Origin: Candidatus Heimdallarchaeota archaeon
Lineage (GTDB): Archaea > Asgardarchaeota > Heimdallarchaeia > Hodarchaeales > Hodarchaeaceae
Reading direction: 5' to 3'
Assembly (NCBI GenBank): GCA_048881705.1
Contig: JBHLSH010000058.1
Span: 1-20,956, forward strand
DNA: 20,956 nt
Of the stretch, positions 15,095 through 20,956 are shown in pieces. The first letter of the stretch is position 1; the number at the start of each line of letters is the position of its first letter. The position numbers were made by a program, and so were the translations under genes. The notes beneath the pieces are model-generated. The model was not told the DNA's origin, ran no database searches, and worked only from the letters and a program-made list of their open reading frames with translations.

Positions 15095-15402
15095 ACCGAA
15101 TCTCCAAAAACGTAAGGATATCCTGGAAGGATTTTCTCAGGAGTTATATTACATGACGCCGGTTAAAAACGTTGACAAGGGACAAGCCCATCAGATTCTG
15201 CCACTGTTAAATCGATCATAGGATGAAATAATAGGTGATTTCTCAATTATATTATCAGTACGAGATAGAAAGAGCTTTAAATGGAGGATGCAGGACTTAT
15301 AAGCATGATTTAGGCAGGTAAACAACGGAATAAATGCAAATGTTGATTTGAATTAAGATATATTATAAAATCACCAGGGGATTGATCCTATACATGGAAT
15401 AA

Positions 15403-16830
15403 TTAAAGAGAATCTAAAGTCTTCTTTAATGCATCAATAGCATCCCGTGTTCCTTCAAGGCCTACCGAATATCTAATTAAATTTTCCGGAACACCCGAAT
15501 TTTGTCGCATTTCGGGTGTCATTTGTCCATGAGTTGTTGATGCTGGGTGTACCCAGGTAGTATAATTCCTCCCTAAATCAGTTACCTGTACTCCGAAATC
15601 GAAGAGTCTTGCAAACTTCTTGGCTGCTTCGAATCCTCCACGGACATTAAATGACATTAAATGACTAAAACCACTAGTTCCATCTTCAAACCGTAACAAT
15701 TTCTTCGCCAGCTCATGTTGGGGATGGGATGGTAATCCCGGATAATTCACATTCTCTATAATTGGATGTTGACTCAAAAATTCGGCGATTTTCAGGCCCG
15801 AATCAGACATGACCTTCATTTTCATCTGCAAGGTCGCCAAATCATCCCAGATGGCGGCGGCTGAAGGTGGATGAAGACAGGGCCCTAGGTTTCGAAAATG
15901 ACCTCCTTTGACTTTTATGACAAAATCCTCGACCAAATCTGGAACATTCGTTTCTATATGCTTCTTTCCAACGATGGCTCCTCCAATGGCACGACCGCTA
16001 CTTCCCATTACCTTTGAAATCGAATGAATTATCACATCTGCCCCATGTTCGAACGGCCGAAGCAGAGCTGGTGAAGCAATGCTCGAATCGACAATTAGCG
16101 GTAAGCTATGATCGTGCGCTAGATTAGCTAACTTCGATATATCAGCGATGAATAGTGTGGGATTTGAGGGGGTTTCGACGTATAGGAGTTTTGTTTGTGG
16201 CGTGATTGCTTCAGACCATGCGTCTATAGACCAGGGTTTATGCACCCATTTTACATTCCAGCCCATTCTTTGGTAAGTTACATTAAATAATTGTTCTGTT
16301 CCTCCATACACTCGGTTAGATGAAAGAACTTGATCTCCTGGCTCCAAGAACGGCATGGTACCCAAAAAAACAGCAGCCATTCCAGATGCAGTGCATAATG
16401 CTTGAGTTTCTTCTACCAGATTTTGTCCTTCAAGAGCAGCGATTTTCATCGCTAAATGATCTATCGTTGTGTTATCAATTCGAGAATAAATTTTGTTTGG
16501 ATCATTGATGGTTTGGTAGCTTAACAAAAGGGCGCCATCAATTAAAGAATCATAGGGCGCACCCGTTGAACTGCTAAAAACTGGAAGAGTCATTGATTTA
16601 AATTGACGTTGATCTACATTGTCGTACAGTCCCCACAAGGCAACCGTATTAAATTCCATCTGTTTAGTTCTTACTAACTGTTCCTTCCTTCTTGCAAGCG
16701 TTTCAATGCTCCGAAGACGAAAAAAGTCTTCGTCACAGGCCATATGCTTTAATTTGGCAAGTTCTTCCTCTAATTGGACAATTTTTTTTCGACAATAATC
16801 TACATCAGTTTCCTCAGTTGTTTGGGTCAT
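15403..16830 (-). CDS. PLP-dependent Cys/Met metabolism enzyme (cystathionine gamma-synthase / methionine gamma-lyase / O-acylhomoserine sulfhydrylase family) with an N-terminal extension
   Basis: YSRIDNTT, ASGMAAV, VYGGT, YVETPSNP, VDSSIASP, HSISK (PLP lysine), NYPGL, HPASTTH, IRYSVGLE. Confidence 0.92.
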   Translation of the reverse strand: MTQTTEETDVDYCRKKIVQLEEELAKLKHMACDEDFFRLRSIETLARRKEQLVRTKQMEFNTVALWGLYDNVDQRQFKSMTLPVFSSSTGAPYDSLIDGALLLSYQTINDPNKIYSRIDNTTIDHLAMKIAALEGQNLVEETQALCTASGMAAVFLGTMPFLEPGDQVLSSNRVYGGTEQLFNVTYQRMGWNVKWVHKPWSIDAWSEAITPQTKLLYVETPSNPTLFIADISKLANLAHDHSLPLIVDSSIASPALLRPFEHGADVIIHSISKVMGSSGRAIGGAIVGKKHIETNVPDLVEDFVIKVKGGHFRNLGPCLHPPSAAAIWDDLATLQMKMKVMSDSGLKIAEFLSQHPIIENVNYPGLPSHPQHELAKKLLRFEDGTSGFSHLMSFNVRGGFEAAKKFARLFDFGVQVTDLGRNYTTWVHPASTTHGQMTPEMRQNSGVPENLIRYSVGLEGTRDAIDALKKTLDSL

Positions 16831-17016
16831 TAGACATCTACCAACAGATCTGAATTTGAAATGCGAAAATATCTCTGTTCCTGTTTATATAAGAGCGTGG
16901 ATCAGCAAGTTTTTGTATCTTCCGTTTTTCGTAGTTAACCCGAATTTTAATCAATATAACGTTTCCTAACAGGATTCCTCCCAGAATTCAGAAATTGGGT
17001 CTTAGAAAAGAAAGGT

Positions 17017-17607
17017 TTGGTGATAATAACGGAAATCGAGATGAAAATCCCATTAGACGGGAAACATTCTGATATTGATGCAATAAAATCCCGAATATTT
17101 ACCACATTCGGCAGCCCTAGAGAAGCGATACACCACATTGATACTTACTTCCAGAGTCCCACCGTAGATTTCCGTCAAACTGATGAGGCTCTACGGATTC
17201 GGCAGATTCAAGAGAATGAAACACCAAAAGTCGAACTAACCTATAAAGGGCCAAAAACAGGAAACGAAATGAAAATTAGGGAGGAATTTACCCTTCGAGT
17301 CTCTGATGCGGGCACAGCACATATTTTATTGACCCTGCTTGGTTTCCAAGAAGTAATGAGAGTCAAGAAACATCGGATCAACTGGATATTATCTGAAGAC
17401 GTTCAAATATCCTTGGACCAAGTTGAAGGTCTCGGGAATTTTTTAGAGATCGAATTTCTTGAGACAAATCTTTTAGAAGGTGTGGATAAAGGTAAACGGA
17501 GGATTCAACAAGTGGTAAATGCCATTTTCCCCAATTGGGATGGAACGGAAGAGCGCCGCTCTTATCTGGAGTTACTCTTGACCGCTTATCAAAAGGAGAG
17601 TCTTTGA
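17017..17607 (+). CDS. cyaB: Class IV adenylate cyclase / CYTH-domain protein
   Basis: EIEMK (ExExK), DTYF, ALRIR, LTYKGPK, REE, VKKHR, LDQVEGLGNFLEIE, SYLELL. Confidence 0.9.
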   Translation: MVIITEIEMKIPLDGKHSDIDAIKSRIFTTFGSPREAIHHIDTYFQSPTVDFRQTDEALRIRQIQENETPKVELTYKGPKTGNEMKIREEFTLRVSDAGTAHILLTLLGFQEVMRVKKHRINWILSEDVQISLDQVEGLGNFLEIEFLETNLLEGVDKGKRRIQQVVNAIFPNWDGTEERRSYLELLLTAYQKESL

Positions 17608-17840
17608 GGAGGATTACAGGATGACTTCAGACCACAGCTCTTGCTACCTTGTTCCTTCAAAGACAGTAACGATTATAGGAATAATCTAACCAACCAATTA
17701 TAGATAGGACATTACAGTAGGGAACGATTAATGGACCACCTAGAAGCAAATGTGAATGGATTTGGCCTTCAAAGGAGCAGGATTTTCGAAGTCGATTTAG
17801 CTGGCCTAAATATTCGGCCAAAATATATCCTTAGGGAGGG

Positions 17841-18419
17841 CTGCTGCTGCTGAGGAACGTAAAAAATTCGATTGATAAAAGAAAATGGCAACCAAGTCTA
17901 ATTCCTGGGCCCATCGTCCTGATTTCCACTTATGACTCAAGAAAAACGCCAAATATTGCTCCTAAAAGGTGGCTCCAGATGGTAGCGTTCGATCCCCCTA
18001 TGTTAATGTTATCTGGATCTACGGGACAGACGACAGAAAACAACATCCTTGAAACAAATTGTTTTGGAGTAAACATTGTTGATTCCTCCTTGGCCACACG
18101 CGTCTATTCCTGCATTAAGTGGTTTGGAATTGGAAGGATCAAGAAGGCAGGATTCACACTTCATGACGCCCCGAAAATTAATGCTCCCCTCATAGATGAA
18201 TGCAAAGCCCATTTGGAAGGTCGCCTTCATAGTATTAAAGAAGTATATAGAGGGTTTGTCGTTTTTGGTGAAATTGTGGCCGCCTCAGTTTGGGAGAATG
18301 TATTGAAGGGAGAGACTCTCCAAGAGAAATATGAACTATTTGACCAGATTGTATATCTAGAGAGCGGTATTTATGCTAAGATCATTAACATCGCGGAAAT
18401 CCACGAATATCAGCTATAA
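17841..18419 (+). CDS. Flavin reductase (DIM6/NTAB) family protein; true start lies upstream of the track ORF 17979
   Basis: The open frame upstream gives KWQPSLIPGPIVLISTYD...PNIAPKRWLQMVAFDPPML, then NFGVN, PLIDECKAHLE, VFGEIV. The first in-frame stop upstream is TAG at 17832-34. Confidence 0.82.
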   Translation: MLLLRNVKNSIDKRKWQPSLIPGPIVLISTYDSRKTPNIAPKRWLQMVAFDPPMLMLSGSTGQTTENNILETNCFGVNIVDSSLATRVYSCIKWFGIGRIKKAGFTLHDAPKINAPLIDECKAHLEGRLHSIKEVYRGFVVFGEIVAASVWENVLKGETLQEKYELFDQIVYLESGIYAKIINIAEIHEYQL

Positions 18420-18459
18420 TCATTTTGCACTGTCATGGTACTTATGATACGAGAAAGCG

Positions 18460-19452
18460 TTGAACAACATGCCCAAGAGTTCTAACAAAACATCCGCCTT
18501 CGGTCAACATCGAGACGCCCAAAAAACAGTCGCACGTGAGTTTATTAAACGCTGGGAGTTTTTTTATGGTAAAGAGCGGGCCCAAGAACTCTTCCATCAG
18601 CTCAGACTTGAAGATCCACGCATAATCGCTCCTAACACATTACTAATCAACTTACATGATCTTCAAAGACGTCTTGAGAGACAGGGATTCAAATTCTCAA
18701 CACTCCCTGAATATACTGCATTAGGGGTTCAATACGAGCCTTTCAACCTTGTTGCTACTCCTGAGTACCTCGGTGGATGGTTTTCTATTCAGGCCCTATC
18801 ATCCCTAATTCCACCCCGTGTGTTGCCTCTCGATAATACTGCAACCATCGCAGATCTGGCAGCGGCTCCTGGAATAAAAACTAGCCTACTAGCGATGGAA
18901 ATGAAAAATCATGGTACAATATTAGCCTTGGAAAAATCAAAAAAACGCCTGTCAGCATTAAAAGCTACCCTTGCGCGAATGGGAGTTCATAATACCTTCG
19001 TGATCAATCTAGACTCAACAAAATTCGCCCAGCTCCACATTTCAGTCTCAGGAGTTCTTTTAGACGCCCCTTGCTCTGGTACAGGATTGAAGCTCACAAA
19101 AGACAAACGTTTGGCTCCACGAATACTCAGTGATATTTCCAGATTGGCTTCCATCCAGAGCCAGCTTCTCGAGAATGCCTGGCAGCAGCTACAAAAAGGC
19201 GGAACACTAGTTTATTCAACCTGTAGTCTGGAACCAGAGGAAGGAGAAGTATTGATAGATACCTTCGTCTCTCAACGCAAGCCTGAAGAGGTGGAACTTC
19301 TTCCTATCCCAATCCAAGTTGGCTGGCCAGGAAACGAGACCCATTGGTACGAACCCTTCTCCTCTCCTTCACTGGAACACACACGACGTATCTTTCCCGA
19401 TATTGGAATTGATGGTTTTTTCATTGCGATGATGAGGAAGTTGGTCCGATGA
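18460..19452 (+). CDS. RsmB/NOP2/NOL1 family RNA m5C methyltransferase (start TTG 18460 or ATG 18469)
   Basis: IQALSS, DLAAAPGIKT, LDAPCSGTG, LVYSTCSLEPEEGE, DGFFIA. Confidence 0.94.
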   Translation: MNNMPKSSNKTSAFGQHRDAQKTVAREFIKRWEFFYGKERAQELFHQLRLEDPRIIAPNTLLINLHDLQRRLERQGFKFSTLPEYTALGVQYEPFNLVATPEYLGGWFSIQALSSLIPPRVLPLDNTATIADLAAAPGIKTSLLAMEMKNHGTILALEKSKKRLSALKATLARMGVHNTFVINLDSTKFAQLHISVSGVLLDAPCSGTGLKLTKDKRLAPRILSDISRLASIQSQLLENAWQQLQKGGTLVYSTCSLEPEEGEVLIDTFVSQRKPEEVELLPIPIQVGWPGNETHWYEPFSSPSLEHTRRIFPDIGIDGFFIAMMRKLVR

Positions 19453-20021
19453 AAGCCTGGAAATCACTTGATCCCCAAGAAGTAGAAACAGTCATCCAGA
19501 AGGTGAATGCCATCTGGGGTGCAGATATCATGACCCATCTTCTTGGCAAGTATCTACTAGTTAAACGGGAAGGAGAGCGGAGTGAGGTGTATTTAGTTCC
19601 GACTTCAGACCTGAAACTGCTGAATCTACTTACTTCGTCTCTGACACAACAAAATGGGCAATTAATATATGCGAAAACAAAGCTAGGATTCTTTATACGA
19701 AACCAATTTCACCTCGGAATCGAATCCCTAAGCTTTTTGTTTGCGGTTGCTGCACCACCAACCCGAAAATTGATTTTGCAGCCTAAAGAGACCCAACAAT
19801 TCATCTATGGGAAAAATTTGGAGCATCCATCCCCACAAACGCTACGACAACTTGAAGAGCTTGCTGTTCAAGAGTGGGAAGATGAAACACCTATTATTGT
19901 GTTATCCGACAGACAAATCCCCCTAGGATTAGGTTCTTATCGTGTAAACGGAAATTCACGATGGCTCTTGAACATTATAGATGTAGGCATCTACTTACGG
20001 GCAGAAAAGACAGCATTTTGA
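19449..20021 (+). CDS. nip7: Nip7-like ribosome biogenesis protein (PUA domain)
   Basis: ATGA overlap with the Nop2 gene; FHLGIE, QFIYGKN, LLNIIDVGIYLRAE C-terminus. Confidence 0.72.
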   Translation: MKAWKSLDPQEVETVIQKVNAIWGADIMTHLLGKYLLVKREGERSEVYLVPTSDLKLLNLLTSSLTQQNGQLIYAKTKLGFFIRNQFHLGIESLSFLFAVAAPPTRKLILQPKETQQFIYGKNLEHPSPQTLRQLEELAVQEWEDETPIIVLSDRQIPLGLGSYRVNGNSRWLLNIIDVGIYLRAEKTAF

Positions 20022-20073
20022 TTGAATTGGGGAGGTCCCTTGAAATGGACGTTTGCTGTTCTATGATTGTAAC

Positions 20074-20442
20074 CTATGAGTATCCAAATTGCTCAATAGA
20101 AATTTTGTTTCCTTCTGGATCCTTGATATCAAAAACAAATGTATTAGGTACTGGCTCCCTGATTTCGCTATCTAAAACTCCTTTATCATTGAAATATGAG
20201 AAAGCTTCCTGAATGTCCTGTACCTCAAACGTGAATCGGGGCGCATCGGTCCCGATTTCTCCTCTACCTCCTGCATGAAGAGCAAGTGTCGCTTCACCAG
20301 TGGAGAAGGTTACCCAAAACTCTTTGCTGTAGTCCTTATTATGAGGATATGTTATTTTCAAGCCAAGGATGTCTCGATAGAATTCAACTTGCTTTTGCAT
20401 ATTAACTGTGTAGAGAATAATTTGGCGAATGGTTCCAAGCAT
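20074..20442 (-). CDS. VOC/glyoxalase family protein; probable start ATG 20442
   Basis: IRQIILYT..M...VEFYRDILGLK, LALH, FTFEVQDI, FDIKDPEGNKISI. Confidence 0.88.
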   Translation of the reverse strand: MLGTIRQIILYTVNMQKQVEFYRDILGLKITYPHNKDYSKEFWVTFSTGEATLALHAGGRGEIGTDAPRFTFEVQDIQEAFSYFNDKGVLDSEIREPVPNTFVFDIKDPEGNKISIEQFGYS

Positions 20443-20752
20443 ATGATTCGAAAAAAGAGTTCCAATAAAAAGCATTATTGAACCTGACAGTTGAGGGTTT
20501 TTTGGGTTTTTAATAAGATAATGCCTTCAAAAGTCAAATTTTTCAGAGAAAGTTCAATTCATCATAAGATTTATAAGAAAGAGTGGAACCTGGGGTCTTT
20601 GAAAGGAAGAACAGACCATAGATGAAAAAAATCTAGTTTTGTGGATCACAACAACTCTCTTCCAACTGGAATCGTAAGGATTGGCCACCATAAAATGGTT
20701 ATTTTTTCGAAATTGGTCTTTTTGGCTAATCCATCGAGAAATGTGAGAAACA

Positions 20753-20956
20753 ATGAATATATCAACTCCCATAGAAATGAATTCTGAAGAAAAAATCCAA
20801 AAAATTGAAGATTTAAATCCATTGGAAGCAAACGTCACGGTTACGTTTAAAGTAATTGAAAAAGGCGAAGTGAGAGATATTTACAAACGGTACTCTGGTG
20901 AAACTCAACATGTTTGTGATTTTCAAGTAGCCGATGATACCGCCCAAATTATTTTA
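20753..20956 (+). CDS. Single-stranded DNA-binding OB-fold protein (SSB/RPA), 3' partial; not in the ORF track
   Basis: MNISTPIEMNSEEKIQKIEDLNPLEANVTVTFKVIEKGEVRDIYKRYSGETQHVCDFQVADDTAQIIL, matching the archaeal SSB pattern KI.DL.P...NV.V..KV....V.D.T..I.L. Confidence 0.85.
   Translation, partial: MNISTPIEMNSEEKIQKIEDLNPLEANVTVTFKVIEKGEVRDIYKRYSGETQHVCDFQVADDTAQIIL

Noticed and set aside
17620-17830. Minus-strand HSHLLLGG as a HIT or HUH remnant
   Set aside because: It is a short isolated match with no start codon or supporting motifs.
3292-18230. Short antisense or alternate-frame ORFs in the track (e.g. 3292, 4311, 4456, 6532, 7256, 8408, 8742, 10275, 12277, 12793, 13449, 14549-14933, 16320, 16947, 18009)
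   Set aside because: They are nested in or opposite well-supported genes and have no motifs.
19961-20838. ORFs 19961..20212, 20275..20481, 20554..20838 and 20646..20831
   Set aside because: They are shadows of the nip7, VOC and SSB genes or AT-rich intergenic DNA.
1-20956. tRNA or rRNA genes
   Set aside because: No cloverleaf with T-loop GTTCRA or rRNA signature was seen by eye. tRNAscan-SE would be decisive.

Overview
This is an archaeal chromosomal window, very likely from an Asgard archaeon (inferred from a strongly eukaryote-like Arf GTPase together with archaeal information-processing genes). Most of it is a translation and ribosome-biogenesis neighbourhood: rpl7ae-rps28e-rpl24e, an FKBP, UPF0179, Tsr3, ABCE1, an RNase P RNA absent from the ORF track, Nop2/RsmB and Nip7. 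Metabolic and signalling genes are interspersed: IDI-2, a DHFR-like protein, an SDR, an HDAC, an Arf GTPase, a PLP lyase, CyaB, a flavin reductase, a VOC protein and a partial SSB. The most unusual part is a ~2.4 kb island between fni and rpl7ae containing three genes, each with one lesion. One of them looks like a CRISPR-derived fusion of a minimal RAMP (Cas5/Cas6-like) domain to a Cas10-type permuted HD nuclease. It is followed by a single CRISPR-repeat-like 37-mer embedded in a K-turn hairpin, with no array and no other cas genes. A second canonical K-turn lies in the rpl7ae leader. All family calls come from motif recognition by eye, not from database searches.
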